A stretch of DNA of 64,000 nt from Botryllus schlosseri (Eukaryota). Position numbers and translations under genes: made by a program. The stretch is taken from the NCBI GenBank assembly GCA_051294905.1, contig CM119371.1:30816001-30880000 (forward strand), read 5' to 3'. A model generated the notes under the pieces. The model did no database searches. It was not told the DNA's origin and saw only the letters and a list, made by a program, of their open reading frames with translations. Positions 1 through 14,115 of this stretch are shown here, one piece after another. Numbering within the stretch: the stretch's first letter is position 1; each line of letters opens with the position of its first letter.

Positions 1-995
1 ATATTCTTCTGGCAGAGCACCTGGAGCCTTCAGCACATCATCAACAAATAGCTGAAGAGAAAGTTGAAAGCAACTCAAATTGTCCATGTCTGCAACTGCT
101 CCACCCATCCCCCTTGGGCCTTGACCATGACCAGCATTTCAACAATCAATTGATCAATATTTTACGCTCTCTTGTCAGAATTGGCCAATGTCATCATGGA
201 ATCAAAAATGTTCGGATCTGTTATTGGCTTTACTCCACCTTTGCTTGATTTTCTTGCCCTCTATGCTCGCATATTTCCTATCATGGTGGCCCCGCAGGTC
301 TCAGCCCTCAGTCAGAGTGTCAGACGACTTCATACATTACTGGTATAATTAGCTCTGTTGGTACCGAACCAATAGCACTATCTTCAGAGAAACGTTTCGA
401 CGCGACGCTTTTCTCTATCATCACGAGGGCCAGTCCAGCATGATTGAAGTTCTCATTTCTCTTACTGATTGAAATCTTCTGCAGACAAGAGACTCCCACG
501 AAGGGGATTCCCACGAAGTCAGCGGGGCATAACGGTGATTAGTTATCTACAATATTTTTCAGATAGGAACGCCTACTGCCCTCTATGCAGCATGCACTAT
601 ATGCAGCTTGGCCATTTATTTTTATAATTTACCACCCTCACGTCTTCTATCGACTTCTCTGACTCCCTGCCACCATGTTGTGACGTCACGAAAAAGGCCG
701 ATATTTTTTACCTTCAATGGTCGATACCGATATTTCTCTCCAAGCGTGATATCGACTCGATATTATCGGCGAGCCGATAATCGGTCGGGCTCTACTTCTA
801 ACAATGATGTAAGTCGGTATTTTTCTATGCTACCTATAATTTACTCGAACACTGCGGCAAACCTGGGTATGTGTTGAGGTAGACAAAGTATGTTGCTGTA
901 AACGCGAACATTGAAATTTTCTTCATCGTCTTAAATAGTGATTCAGGTTTCCCTCAAGGCCAGGGATCATTTGAGTCTTTTGTGATGCACTAGTG

Positions 996-1668
996 CAGGG
1001 CCGGACAACCCGTGGCCCGCGAGGTAATTTCCGAACTTGGTAATGTTATAAAAAAAAATGAATTCCACAGATTGTGAACTTGCAAGGCCAACCAAATATT
1101 TGATTAGTCTCGCCGCAACACTTGAGATGTGATGACTAAAATATCAGTTACGACGCATTGGCATTTCCATGAGCCGCACTTTGGTAGATCTTCGTACACT
1201 ACAAAGCAGAATAATTTGCGATAAATTTATGAAAAGTAAATATTTTCTACACGCTTCGCGCAACATGTGGTCATTCGATTTCTTGCTTTTAATATTGTTA
1301 CCCCTTTTTGAAAATGAATGAACGTCTAATGTATCAGATTGAGTCTAACTATATTCTCGATTACGAGACAAAGTGTCGTTCAACATATGCGACCTAGCGT
1401 TTGCGCTCGCAGAAAGACCGTCGACTATGAAACCTAGGCACAAAATAATTGATGCATGTGGGTCGAAGCTTTCGAAATTGATATGTCCAGGCGCTGAATA
1501 GTCCAGTCCTGGCAAACTGAGCCCAGCGATATACTGCAGGCCCGCAATATAGTCAAGTGACAATATTATTGAGCTATGAACTTCGAAAACTTTTCGCGCG
1601 GCTAGTGGCCCGCGCAATATTTCGGCGTTCGAATGTGGCCCTTTGGCTGAAAAGGTTGGTCAGCCCTG
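996..1668. mobile_element. Non-autonomous hAT-type element (MITE)
   Basis: Imperfect TIRs CAGGGCCGGACAACC / GGTTGGTCAGCCCTG; perfect 8-bp TSD CACTAGTG (988-995, 1669-1676). Confidence 0.85.
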
Positions 1669-3354
1669 CACTAGTGCGACCACAGATATTGTAATTATAT
1701 TTTTGTGAAACTATTGTCTTCACCATGTAACTTGCATGTATCAGTTCCGTTTTGGCGTTTGTGCTTCTGTTTTTGGTAATTTTTTCATAGAACTCGGAAC
1801 GCAATATGCATTTTTTCCGCACTCCATATTTGCAGTGTTGAGGGATTATTTATGGAAGTATTTCTTACGGAAATTTCAAACGTTGCATTGCATCAAACAA
1901 GCACTGTTCAATCTATGCAGAATTGCTGGGCGGTCTGCATGTTTGACAGCCCTGATGTAATGGAATTTGGCTTCTTGCCAACATGGGTAGTCGAAGTAAA
2001 AGTAGTCAGTACTGCTCAAGTAATACATGATTTCTAGTGAAGTATATGTAGTGGTTTACAAGACATGTTAAACCTACCTCAAGGAAGCCGTTAGTGTGAT
2101 GTCGTAAATTTGGTCGAGGTGTCGCTTGATTTTTGCATATAACCGTAAGTGGCATTTAACAAATTGAAGTATTCAACGTTGGGACTCTAGTGGAAGTAGA
2201 AGTAACAGGAATTTATACTGGAGTATGTAATGATTTACGAAGTATGTTAAAACTACTCCAAGTTGAAATTGAAGTTGAAAGGTACTCGAGTTGTTTAAAA
2301 ATGGTAGATTTGGTTGTAATGTTTCATTCTTTTACCATGTAATGGTGCGAACATGGGTAGCGAAAGTAAAAAGTAGCCGTTTTTGGTACTTGAGCTGAAG
2401 TAGAAGTAACATCATAAATTTCAACTGAAGTAGAAGTAGCAATTTTCAAGGTATGTCAAGATTATTTCAAGTGGAAGTAGAAATATAAGTTGATAAGTAC
2501 TCGAGAAGTGGTCTTCGTCGAACAGGAGTTAGTTCTCAAGCAGACATGTACCGGTAAGTAACGTAAATCTGTAGTGAAGCATATGTAGCACTTTCCAAGG
2601 CGTTGTATAACTACTTCGAGCAGAAATAGGCAACATACGGAATTCACTGACATTGCTGTATATATTTCAGCCACAAGCGCCGAGAAGAAACGTTTTGGTG
2701 CAGCCACTTGTGATTGACGAAGAAAAAGAATAGGCACTCGACATCCGCAAACGGTGCATTGATTTAATTCTTGCAGAGTTGAATTTTTACGGAACGCTTT
2801 TTGTAATGCTCGTTTTAAATTGTTGCGGTTACTTTATTCCTGCGATACCATTCTTTCATTTCATCAATCTTTTGCACATGGAATGTTCCATTAGCTTCGA
2901 GTTGTCCCAACAGTTGCTGTGTCTTATATTCCTGTGACACCTTTTTTGTATATAATGCCTTTTTACTTTGACTATTTGTCATTAGTTTGAGTGGTATTAG
3001 CAGTTGCTGTTTGCTAAACTACTGTGACACATTTTCTGTGATTGCTTGTCGCAGTATGATTTTTTACTTCAGCCTTGACTGTGTTTGTCGCAGTATGATT
3101 TTTTACTTCTTACTTCAGCCTTGACTGTGTTAAGTGGTAGTTGTTCTCGCCTTATTTCACTTTTTGTTTCGTAAATTAGATAGTTTTAGTTTCGTTGATA
3201 ATAACCAATATCGTATTTGTATTTTACCAGTTTCATTCCCCACTCACCCAATATACGCTGTGTGTGAACTGATATGATGTTGTATCCCATGTTGTTAGTC
3301 GTGAGGCGTTTAACCAGGTATGGAGTGGAGGTGATAAAGGGGGCGAATGACACT

Positions 3355-3690
3355 TCCATAGGGAGTGGCGTCATGTCCACAGTACGTCAGGCGTGTCTAT
3401 AGGGAGTGACGTCATGTCCACAGTACGTCAAGCGTGTCCATAGGAAGTGGCGTCATGTCCACAGTACGTCAGGCGCGTCCATAGGGAACCACGTGACGTC
3501 CAGGCTAGGTCAGACGCGTCCATGACGAGTCTCTCCGTGTCCACAGCACGTCATTGCGGACGTACTCAGCGAGTGGACAGGACGTCTCTAGTTGTCGACA
3601 AACTCACTCCAGGGAGGTAACGGCCGGATGTCCTGCCAGCTATTCCACCGGAAGTCAACTGGACATCGAGTGTTTGCTGGGTAGTATCCC
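3355..3690 (-). repeat. Dispersed repeat with ~37-bp minisatellite; inverted copy of 9008-9420
   Basis: Tandem GTCATGTCCACAGTACGTCAGGCG units; 3500-3690 is the reverse complement of ~9008-9200. Confidence 0.8.
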
Positions 3691-3870
3691 ATCACCCACA
3701 ACCCTAATCTTGGGATACCCCAACCCTAATATCCCCCACTCCCAAAGCTACAGGAATATCTAGAAGGCCATGATCGCAACATGTATGGTACCAAAATTAA
3801 TAAACATGTATAATGAACATAATGTCCAGCCTTGTCATTTCTGAATCTCATCTTGAAGTTATCTTGCAAG

Positions 3871-5630
3871 CAGTGGTTCTCCAGTGTTGGGATGACTCGA
3901 GTCAACGTTTTCGTATGACTTGAATTGACTCCAGTCACTTTGCAAACACGACTTGACTAGAGTTGACTTGGCGCTTCAGAAATGTGGATTTACGCGTGAC
4001 TCGGAGCAAAATCGACGAGTCAATTTCAAGTCATCAAGCAAACGATGTCGATTAAATCACCCTATCTTATATATGTCCGTATTGTTCGCGATACGCCGGT
4101 GTCACTTGTGAGAGCAACCTGTCATACACTGGCTGTACGTTTCACTGATCCTCCCTTGTTTCATCACAAATAACTTGACCGCAAACGAAACGATCACAGC
4201 TAACGATGTCGTAGTGTAGTAGTAGTAGATTGATCTAATAGCAACGTATCTTTGTTTCCTAGACGACTCAGTGCTTAGATTGCGCAGTACTCACCTTTAC
4301 CTAACCCTCTTGCATAATTTAATTAGAACGAACACAGTTTATGCTTTGATATTCTCGCGGATGGGTAGATATCATTTTGCTTCAACTTTTCGAGGCCTCG
4401 TATCCGATCCTCTATTCTGGGTGATAATAACAGACTGTATCATGTAGCATACAGTTACTCACGTATATTATTAACAGTTATACGTGTGCGTGAGCGATAT
4501 AACGTCTTTTTGCATGTATATTTAACTTAATATTCGTTATTTGATTCAAGATAAATGGCCAATTAATCCGTCTTTCACCAAGTTTACAAAATGAAATGAC
4601 TTTGCATCATCACTAACACTTCGAAAGTTCAATTTGACTTGAATCGTGACTTGACTCGAGTCACCTCCAAAAATCAAGTGACTTGACTCGACTCGAGTCA
4701 AAATGTGCAATGACTCGAAATGACTCGTGACTCTAAGGTAGTGACTTGATCCCAACACTGTTGTCAACCGGGGGTTCGCGGACAACTAGGGGTCCACGAA
4801 GCATTCTCAGGGAGTCCGCGAAACCTCTATAGTTACAAAATGGTAGATAACGTAATTTGTATTTTTTTAGTTACGAAAATCAAGAGGCAGTTTCGCTTCA
4901 TTACTGGTAAAAGGCAGGACTATCATCAACAGAATGACCGTCTGAGATGAAATATTCTACTTTGCAAACTAATTTTGATTGCTAAATAGACAATAGCCTA
5001 CTGATACAAACATATGTTTTGTTGGGGATAGGGGATAAAAGAAATAAGTTGGAGAAGTAAGGTCAATCACGTTGACTTCGAAATGATTGCAAAAATTCAT
5101 TTTCTTCTGTGATATACATAACCAGTAACCACTATTCAACAATAACTTCAAGATGAGCTGCTAGATGACGCTGTTGGGCGTTATATGTTCATTAAAAATT
5201 TGTTTCCCAATTTTGGTGCCAATATTTGTTGCGATCATACAGGTCTATCCAAAGATGTTGCCGGAAGCGTTACGCGTTATTATTACATTTGCCACCACCT
5301 ATATTTGTGGAAACGGTATTTTTGGCACTAGTTCATATCAAATCGAAGGCGCGGATTTTCAAGACACGACCACGTATTTCAAGGAATGACGTTGCAGAAT
5401 TTGCTTTGAAATATTAAAAGTCTATCCAATTTCTACATAAATTGTAGGATGTTACTTTAAAGAAAATTCATTTTGTTGCTGTTTATCTCTAGTCTAGAGT
5501 GAATGTTTGCACAAGAAATGCGACGGTTGCACGATAATTGAGTTGAATTGGAACTAAAATTTCGAGGAGTCCGCGAGGTCCATGGCCGTCCAAAATGGGC
5601 ACGTGAAGACAACAAGGTTGAGAACCACTG
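3871..5630 (+). mobile_element. Deleted hAT (Charlie-like) DNA transposon with transposase C-terminal remnant
   Basis: Ends CAGTGGTTCTC / GAGAACCACTG; frameshifted remnant at ~5240-5365 (ALRVIITFATTYIC / ETVFLALVHIKSKAR) resembles the hAT dimerisation motif FATTYLCExxFSxLxxIKxKxR; no clear TSD. Confidence 0.65.
3882..4760. mobile_element. MITE (CAGTGTTGGGAT TIR, GACTCGAGTC-rich subtermini) inserted in the left end of the hAT element
   Basis: TIR CAGTGTTGGGAT / ATCCCAACACTG; a second copy lies in opposite orientation at 60775-61760. Confidence 0.85.
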
Positions 5631-8600
5631 CAATAGAGGTGATATATATAACATGAGAAAATAAATCTGCAGAAGTTGTTGAATCGTGTGTGATCAACTA
5701 CGAACGGAGGTCTTTTACAATACGACCTCCTTTAGGAGGATTTGTCCTCCTTTTCCAGGAAATTGAAAATGTCCTCCGAGGAAGCCCATGTCCTCGGTTT
5801 TGGCAATTCGTCTTCCTTTATAGCTTTTGAGTTGACAGCCAGGCCAGTTGACAGGCAGAACTCAAAAACGCCAGAATTGACACGAAATCTGGGATCTGGA
5901 CAGTCTAGCGCAGTGGTTCCTAACCTTTTTTCCTCCAGCGCCCCCCACCTCATATTATAAGGACTGTAATAAAGACAATGGTAAGAGGCAGGGTCGTAAC
6001 AGCACTTCGTTAGCCCCATAAACAACGATCGTCTTGCGCACATATAGTGTTATAAAACAAACTTTTGTGGGCTTCGCCCCTAAGATCCCCGTTGCGTTAT
6101 TTCGATGGTCAGCAAAGTTTGCGTGGTCTGGTCACCCGAGGCGCCACAATTTTCTATAATGCACGAATGAATATGTGGTAATTGCATATATATGTCGCTA
6201 TAAACTTTTTATCGTCTCAGCTCACGTAATCAGATTTACCAGTAGCGCTGTTGTATTGGAAAATGAAAGCCATATCATTAATAATTGAACATATTCTGGT
6301 GTACCCGTTGGTACAAACTATTCGTTACATGTTGTTATTTTGTTACCTCTTGTCCGTTATATAGTCAAAAGATATTGAAACACATAACCGGATATTAAAA
6401 TAAAGTAAGCACACGATTCAAAATTGGAATTTCTTCACTGGCAAACTATTTTCTCCGTTGGATGTTACTTGTCCTGTGGGGTGTAGATTGCGACGACATG
6501 GTAATTCGGCACCAGTGATTTAAGCACCTACGGTCAATCAGATTAATATACATCGAAATTTACGGTCAACATAAGGGCAATCCTTTTCGGCTAAAATTTT
6601 CTCGCTGACGATCTTTTTGACACACTTCTCGGAGTCCCATATTGAACAGAGCTTCACATGTCTTCGTGCGTCGTGGCGTGGTAATGGCCGACGCCGAAAT
6701 TCTTCTTTTTATTTTCTATAATTATGCGTATTCTTCCGTGGGGGAGTTGGCAAAACATGATGTGTAATTTATGTTCACTCACCGAAATATTTTAGGGCAC
6801 CCTTCGAGCTCACCGATTAAGGGTTTGGGTTGCAGCAGCTTCGGTCCTGGTAAGAGGTCAAAATCCAGTCGGTCTTTTCGGGACTTTGGTATTGGAAATA
6901 TTTCGCGCTTTAATCGCGATCGAGGACCAATCGACTATAATAGACTTTAACGCAGAGCGAATGTTTGTAGTTGTATAATTGTATAACTGACTCCAAGATG
7001 TATTCTTGACTCCAAGAAGGTTGCGTTTACAATTCGCTGCGTGTTTCTTCTTTCGTTCGACGAACCGGCGTAACCGCGCCACACGGCCTTGCTGGCTGAA
7101 GCACCACGAAGCCTGTCTATTGGACACGTATTCGATGGATCACACTGACGAATATATTTGTTTCCGTCTCCACGACTTGTAACTTTTTTGAATCACGTAC
7201 GACAAAGTAACGGACTTCCAAATCGGCGAAATATCATGAATTGAATGACCGTCTCTCATAGCCACGAGAGAGTACATGCCAAATTGTTATCTACGTTCAC
7301 ACGATAGAATATACGACTTACAAAGGTCTTATCGGGTTCCAGTTCAGATAATTATGTAAGGTTTACCAACTCCTTATCGAATAATATTTAAATGGCGTTA
7401 TACCAATATACTCCGTTAAATAGACCATATAATAATTGTGTGTGGTATATCCAGGGTCAAATCAAGGTTGTTATAACAACAATCGGGAACGTTCTCGTAC
7501 CCTGTGGTTCGAACCATCCCGAATTAACTTCTGCGATTGGCAATACGGGGATATTGGTGGTATTGGATTTTGTCTTAGTGCTTTATGTAACTATAAGTAG
7601 GGCAACTGAGAATGAGATGCATATAGGCTATCTGCTCACATTGAATTTAGCACTGTACCCAGTTATTAATTTTAACATGAATGTATTCCAAGCAAAGCAC
7701 TCATATTATATAACGTTCGTGTGAGGTTGTGAACCACGACACTAGATAGTATCATCCTTTATGTCACGATGAAGAAATATTCTGACGATTTAATTTTGTA
7801 TCTCTCAAATAAAAGTGTGTTTAATTATTCACTTCGCGTGCACAAAGCTTCAAAACTTATTTTGTGTACAAGGGGACTCTCACTCTCAAAATTTATATAC
7901 AGTGCCCCCTTCTTCGATTTTCAGTTCACACGCTGTGCGCTGCTGGATATAATACCTAATTCGAAACATTTTGTTGAAAATAACCCGAGAAAGCGTGACG
8001 GCAGTGTTTAAACGGGAAATTGGCGACCTAAAAGTATGCGCAATTCGTTATACATAAATATATATTTGAACAGCTTCTTTGAGGTACAGAACTTCAATAT
8101 ACAATTGAATAGTATATTCATATTAAAATGAACCCGAATATTTTCGGCTGACACTCGTCAGTGGTAATCGTCAGCAACTAGTAGAGAATTCGAAAGAACA
8201 GCTATTCAATTGTATAAATATATATATATATCGACTTTCAATTGAATAAAAGTGCAAAAGAAAACAGGAGACAAAGGAACATCAAGATAATCCGTTTTGG
8301 GCCCTTGTCAAGCGCCTCCAGCGTGGGCGGTCGTGGGCGTCATGAATGATAAAAAACCACTACGTTTATGGAAACATATGTAGCAAACATCGTCGCTTAG
8401 CACGACCAAAAATTTCGGGATTTGACATGTTCTGTGGAATGTTAATTTGCTCTTAATGCTCATTAAGGATATGTCCTACTACCACATCATCTACTGCGAA
8501 GCCATTTTTCTTCAGCGCCCCAGGGGCGCTGGAGGCAAGGTTAAGAACCACTGCTCTAGTGGGTCTTTCGGGAGTCGGACTGAAAAAATGACCTCCGTTT

Positions 8601-9007
8601 TCTATGTCGATAATCTTGTAAAAAGTGTCTTCTTTGCTGGATGAAGAAATATGATAACCGTAGGCTAGCCTACTAAACATATAGCACTGAATAAAGGTAT
8701 TAAATTTCAAACTGCGCGTGCGAATTTTCCAACTTTAACATTGACCTTCGGTTCTGGGACGATGATGAATACGCCGTTAGAAATTGTTTCTTTTCGATGA
8801 ATATTTCATTTATTTCCTATGCTATTCTCATCGATTTCTTATCTAACTTGAGGTCTCAAACGCGACACTGATACGATCGAAACGTTGATATAGACCAAGA
8901 ATTAAACTTTTCACGGTACGCCTTTGTGGCAAGAAGGGATGGCTAATTCGGTGTAGGCTACCTCAAAATGCTGGTATCAATCTTATTGGAGATGCTGACA
9001 AGGGAGT

Positions 9008-9420
9008 AGCCACCCAGCAAACACTCGATGTCCAGTTGACTTCCGGTGGAATTGCCGGCAGGACATCCGGTAACTTACGGCCGTCACCTCCCTGGAGTGA
9101 GTTTGTCGACAACTAGAGACGTCCTGTCTGCCCCCTGAGTACGTCCGCAATGACGTGTTGTGGACATGAAACGACCCCTCATGGACGAGGCTGACCTAGC
9201 CTGGACGTCACGTGGTTCCCTATGGACGCGCCTGACGTACTGTGGACGTGACGCCACTCCCTATGGACGCCAGTCCACGTACTGTGGACGTGACGCCACT
9301 TTCTATGGACGCCAGTCCACGTACTGTGGACGTGACGCCACTCCCTATGGACGCCAGTCCACGTACTGTGGACGCGACGCCACTTTCTATGGACGCCAGT
9401 CCACGTACTGTGGACGTGTT
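9008..9420 (+). repeat. Dispersed repeat with 39-bp minisatellite (~5 units)
   Basis: Tandem CTATGGACGCCAGTCCACGTACTGTGGACGTGACGCCAC-type units; explains the 13-aa periodic ORFs in several frames. Confidence 0.85.
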
Positions 9421-10231
9421 ATTCGCCCCTGCTTGAGTCCTCAGGATTACCATCTCAGGACTCCCTGTGAAATACTTCATGATCTCCATGTTTACCTCCT
9501 CCACTTTGATACCTGCTCCAACTACATGGAAACCAACATCATATAAGCTCACAAACTGTTTATATTGGGTTACTGGAAAACGACAATTGCAAATTACAAG
9601 TAAAACAATAATTAAGGAACTCTTATTATTTAACAAAGTTGAGGATTAAGTGAAAATTCGATCACAAAATTACAAATATATGAAATAAATGTGTCACATG
9701 AATTTTGGAAATATCAGCTAGTTCTAACTAACTAACATGACAAACATTCCAATTGAGGTGCATACTAGAAATTTGAAAGAAACGTGTCAGAGGAATTTGA
9801 CAAAGGACAACTGCAAAGAAAATTAAAAACAGATATAAGCAATCATAAGTAGAAACTACCATTGCAAGACGTAAAACGATGCATCGGCTGCACCGCATCA
9901 TGTTAAGAGCGCGTATTCGTCTTTGGCAATAAACTCTGGTTGCAGCAACAGGTTTCTTCTCAGTCCTTGTTTTGCCTGAAGCACAGAAAACAATGTCAGC
10001 AAATCGTATGTAGATCCACTCTTCATAGCACATGAAATATGTATCAGAACTGCATTATATATTTCCACTGGCATTAATTGTAATATGTCTTGTAAATCGC
10101 TACTTCTATTTGTACTTGAGTGAAAATTTATGACGATACTATGACTACTGCGTCTACTTGAGTGTGGAGAGCTTCTGAACTAGCGATACGGAGTATGCAA
10201 CCAGCCAATCAAATCAACTTGTGGAAACACC

Positions 10232-10736
10232 CAGGGCTGTAATTGTAATGAGTCGGGTTAGGATTTTCTGATGACTCAGTCATTTTCTCAAAATTCGGAA
10301 ATGACTCGACTCGAGTCAATCTAGGCTATGTAATGACTCGGACCAAGTCATATGAATCGAGACTCAGACGGCCAAGACCGATATTACATTGTAATTTCGA
10401 AAAAGAGTAAAGTAACCACACTATTGGTATTTCGTCTAATGGTAGCGGTACTTGAAAATGCGACCAGAAACCTTTGAAGGTGAAAAAAATCAGTAGCCTA
10501 TATTATAAATGTGAACCGTTGATATCACTGAACAGAGTTAGAAAAAGTGGATTAAACAAGAATTCAACTGGAAATTGAGCAGTCAACGCAATGGCTTAAA
10601 CTTGAGTCATAACACCATGACTTAGACTCGGCCCTATACTCGTGGACTTGACTCGGTGGTGAATTGAAAATGACTCGACTTGACTCGAGTCAAAACTATA
10701 TAAGTGAGATTGACTTGTGACTTGGTTACAACCCTG
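10232..10736. mobile_element. hAT-type MITE (CAGGGTTGTAA family)
   Basis: TIR CAGGGCTGTAA / TTACAACCCTG; TSD GAAACACC / GAAACATC (1 mismatch). Confidence 0.8.
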
Positions 10737-10951
10737 GAAACATCTAAAGTACATACTTGAGTACTTATCAGAAATTATACTTTCGCATGAATTGGTTTGG
10801 ACAAGCCTTGTAAATCACTGCTTGTACCGGAGGGGAAATACATGGCGTTATTACTAAGTACTCTATTGATGACACAACAAATACTTCTACTTGAGTGCTG
10901 AAAACAACTACGTTTTTGACCATCTCTGTTCAGAAGCATGCACCTACGACT

Positions 10952-11466
10952 TAGGGTTGTAGCCGAGTCACAAGTCAATCTCAATTTTATAGTTTTGACT
11001 CGAGTCAGGTCGAGTCATTTTCAATTCACCACCGAGTCAAGTCCGAGTCCAAGTCATTGTGTTGACCGCTTAGTTTCCAGTTAAAGCCTTGTTAACCCAC
11101 TTTTTATACCTCTGTTTGGTGATATTGAATGGTTCTCATTCAAAATATAGCCTACTAATTTTCCTCACTTTTACCAGTTTCAGGTCGCATTTTCAAATAC
11201 AAGTACCAATAGACGAATTCCCAATAGTGTGGTCACTTCACTATACTTCGAAATCGCGACGAAATGTTGGTCTCGACCGTCTCGAGTCATATGACTTGGT
11301 TCGAGTCATGCGCAATGAATGGAGTCCAGTCGAGTCAATAAACAGATTGACTCGAGTCGAGTCAAGTCATTTCCGAATTTTGAGAAAATGACTCGAGTTG
11401 AGTCAAGTCAAGTCATCAGAAAATCGTGACACGAGTCGAGTCATGACTCGAGTCATTACAACCCTG
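10952..11466. mobile_element. hAT-type MITE (CAGGGTTGTAA family), opposite orientation to 10232-10736
   Basis: TIR TAGGGTTGTA / TACAACCCTG; perfect 8-bp TSD CTACGACT. Confidence 0.85.
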
Positions 11467-11673
11467 CTACGACTACATGCAATAAGTCTCGACATTTCGA
11501 CTATGTCCAGTCCACTTTTTGAAACTTCTCACCCCAGTAGCCTACTTTTTCAGACTTCACTTTCTACTTATATTTGAAAGGTAGTTTGATGTCTTGTAAA
11601 TCGCTATTGATACTTAAGTACTAACTACGACTACTCTGACCATCTTTGTTTGGAAGTAACCAACTACAATAAC

Positions 11674-12373
11674 TAGGGCTGGCCAGAGTGGCCACAATGA
11701 TTCGAGTACTTGAATCTGAATTGAGTATCAATTCCAATGATTCGAGTCGAGTAAGTGAAAGTAAGTTTCGAGTACAAATATAGAATCGAAATTCTAATTC
11801 TCAGTAAATTATTATATATTTTCAGTTTTCCAAACTATATAATACTTTACCGAGAATTGGAATTTCGATACTATAAATCACTGTGAGGCCTTGAAACTGT
11901 GTGTGATGACCTTTATTTCACAGAGTAACCAAGGCTTTTATTAACTGAAAACGAGCACTATACGCAACACAGCTAGGCCAGTACCTATAAGGTACCAAGA
12001 AATGACAAATTAGGAGCGAGACAATATATAGAGGAAAAGACAGGTAACCAAGTAATAATTGATGTAACTAAATGTAAAGGACGAGACAATTGCGCACAAG
12101 ATTCACCACACCGTGATTGGTCGAATCTCAGAATACGAAAAACGTACTGACATAGCTACGCACGTTCGTGTAAATGACACATGTGTTGTCACATAGTACA
12201 ATGAGCTAGGTATGATCGAAAATTTACCAAACAATCTTCGATGTGATGTAGAACTGGAAATTTTGTCTTGTCATCATTCATAATGTTGTGACGCCATAAT
12301 GAGATAATCGAATCGAAGCTAAATACTCGATTCAGCATCGAATCACCCGGGTACTCGATTTTGCCCAGCCCTA
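11674..12373. mobile_element. MITE (TAGGGCTGGGC family)
   Basis: TIR TAGGGCTGG / CCAGCCCTA with TCGAGTA-rich subtermini; related to 57700-58214; no TSD seen. Confidence 0.65.
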
Positions 12374-13384
12374 CTGACATCTCGCTAAAAGTATGTAATA
12401 CCTCCAATAAATATAGTTTTGGAAACTTCTTACATACATACTTGTGTAGGCCTACTTTTCAGAACTTTCCTGTTTCTTTTTGAAGTGATTTTTACAAGCC
12501 TTGTGAATCGCTAACTATACTGGAGTAAAAGTTAACAGCGTTGCTACTACTTCTACTCAAGTGCAAACAATGATTACTTTGATCACCCCACCAACTATTG
12601 AGTATGCAAAGGTCTGTGGACATACGGGCATGCGACACATGAGCATGCGAGTTAAATTACGGTTAAGGTTAAATTTAAGCTTGGGTTAGGGTAGGGCTTG
12701 GGGTCGGGATACATAGCAGTTGATTTCAGTGTTATGTTTCGGGTTAGGGTTAGTTTTGGGATTATGAAGTCACATACTGAAGTAACGCATGCTAAAGTGT
12801 TCCATGCTCAACTGTCGTTTTCCATTGTGTCGCATGCTCATATGTCGGGCAATCGTATGCAACACATCGACCAAATCTACTTTTTAAAAGTAATTACTAG
12901 AGCATATTTCAGAAGTTGATTTTCGACTTCCATTTCAAATAGATTTGACACACCTTGTAACTTGTGACATCTACGTGTGTATAAATTCATGACATTACTT
13001 CAACTTCAGTACATAAGATGATTACTTTGACCAGCTCTGGTTTCCATATAATGTGTTCAACGTTTTTTACCTTCAATTGCTTTCTGACTTTTTCCCGAGC
13101 ATGGCGCAGCACCGATTTTGTAGAGTAAAAGCAACGCTTGTTCTAGGTGGCAGTAGTTCTTCCAAACGATGTCGGCCCCAGTCTAGAAGGCATTCTTCGT
13201 ACAGTCTGCTTGACGTTGTTGCCATTAATTGAAGACATTGTCGGTCTGGAAAATTTTAATGATTAGAATAGGTTTAGTGAAGGCATTTGTCAAGAACTCA
13301 AGCCGGGTATCCATAACATCCTGTTAAAAAACAAAAACAATGGTGTACAAGCTTGGCTATTCGCACATTCTACTCACTAATCAG

Positions 13385-14115
13385 TAGGGCTGGGCACATG
13401 AGTACTCGAAGCTAAATCAAATATTAATTCGATTATCAGTGAACTTTGGCCATGGTGAATTCGGCCCATAGAACTGAGCCTACGGTAAACTCGGCCTAAA
13501 CCTGAGCCCCTCCAACCCTAATCTTGGGATACACCGAATTCACCATGTGCGATCTGATCCTTGACGTTCTGCACTCTTCGTCAACATTATACAGCTCCGT
13601 ACGTCTAATATCACATTTTATACACCCGACATACGATCCCCCCCCCCAGTGGGAATAACATTCACACAACATATCCAGCACCACCAATTCGCCATTGCCT
13701 TCAATTAATAATACAATTCACGACATTTATATTAATTGGCATTGACAAGGTCACCATGGGCCCAGTTCACCGAAGGCCGAGTTCAATGGGCCGAATTCAC
13801 TGGTGACCATTAGTTCTATTGATTCGAGCCAAGTAGATGCCTTTTTCAAGCCTTCTGAAATTATACGCTCTTTGCCACCAAGAGTACAGTTATCCACAAA
13901 ATATATTTTTGATACCATTTTCCAATGTGGAAGTAGCATACAAAATAGGTATCGGTCGAAAATACACCAAATTATCTGTAATTAAGTGTGATGTAAAACT
14001 TGCATGGCATCATTGTATGTTCTCAGTGGAAACATAAAAGATACGTTTTCAACTTTCCATAATACTCATACTGTTACGAGTATAACATCATAATGAGTGA
14101 TTTTGCCGAGCCCTA
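13385..14115. mobile_element. hAT-type MITE (TAGGGCTGGGC family)
   Basis: TIR TAGGGCTGGGC / GCCGAGCCCTA; perfect 8-bp TSD CTAATCAG. Confidence 0.8.

Noticed and set aside
1..514. Coding-like minus-strand sequence at the window start
   Set aside because: All frames are interrupted by stops and no motif was recognised; it may be a pseudogene fragment but cannot be supported.
6560..7280. Degenerate coding-like stretch on the minus strand
   Set aside because: Only short frames with no identifiable domain.
9160..9636. Overlapping ORFs with 13-aa periodicity
   Set aside because: Artefacts of a 39-bp minisatellite open in several frames.
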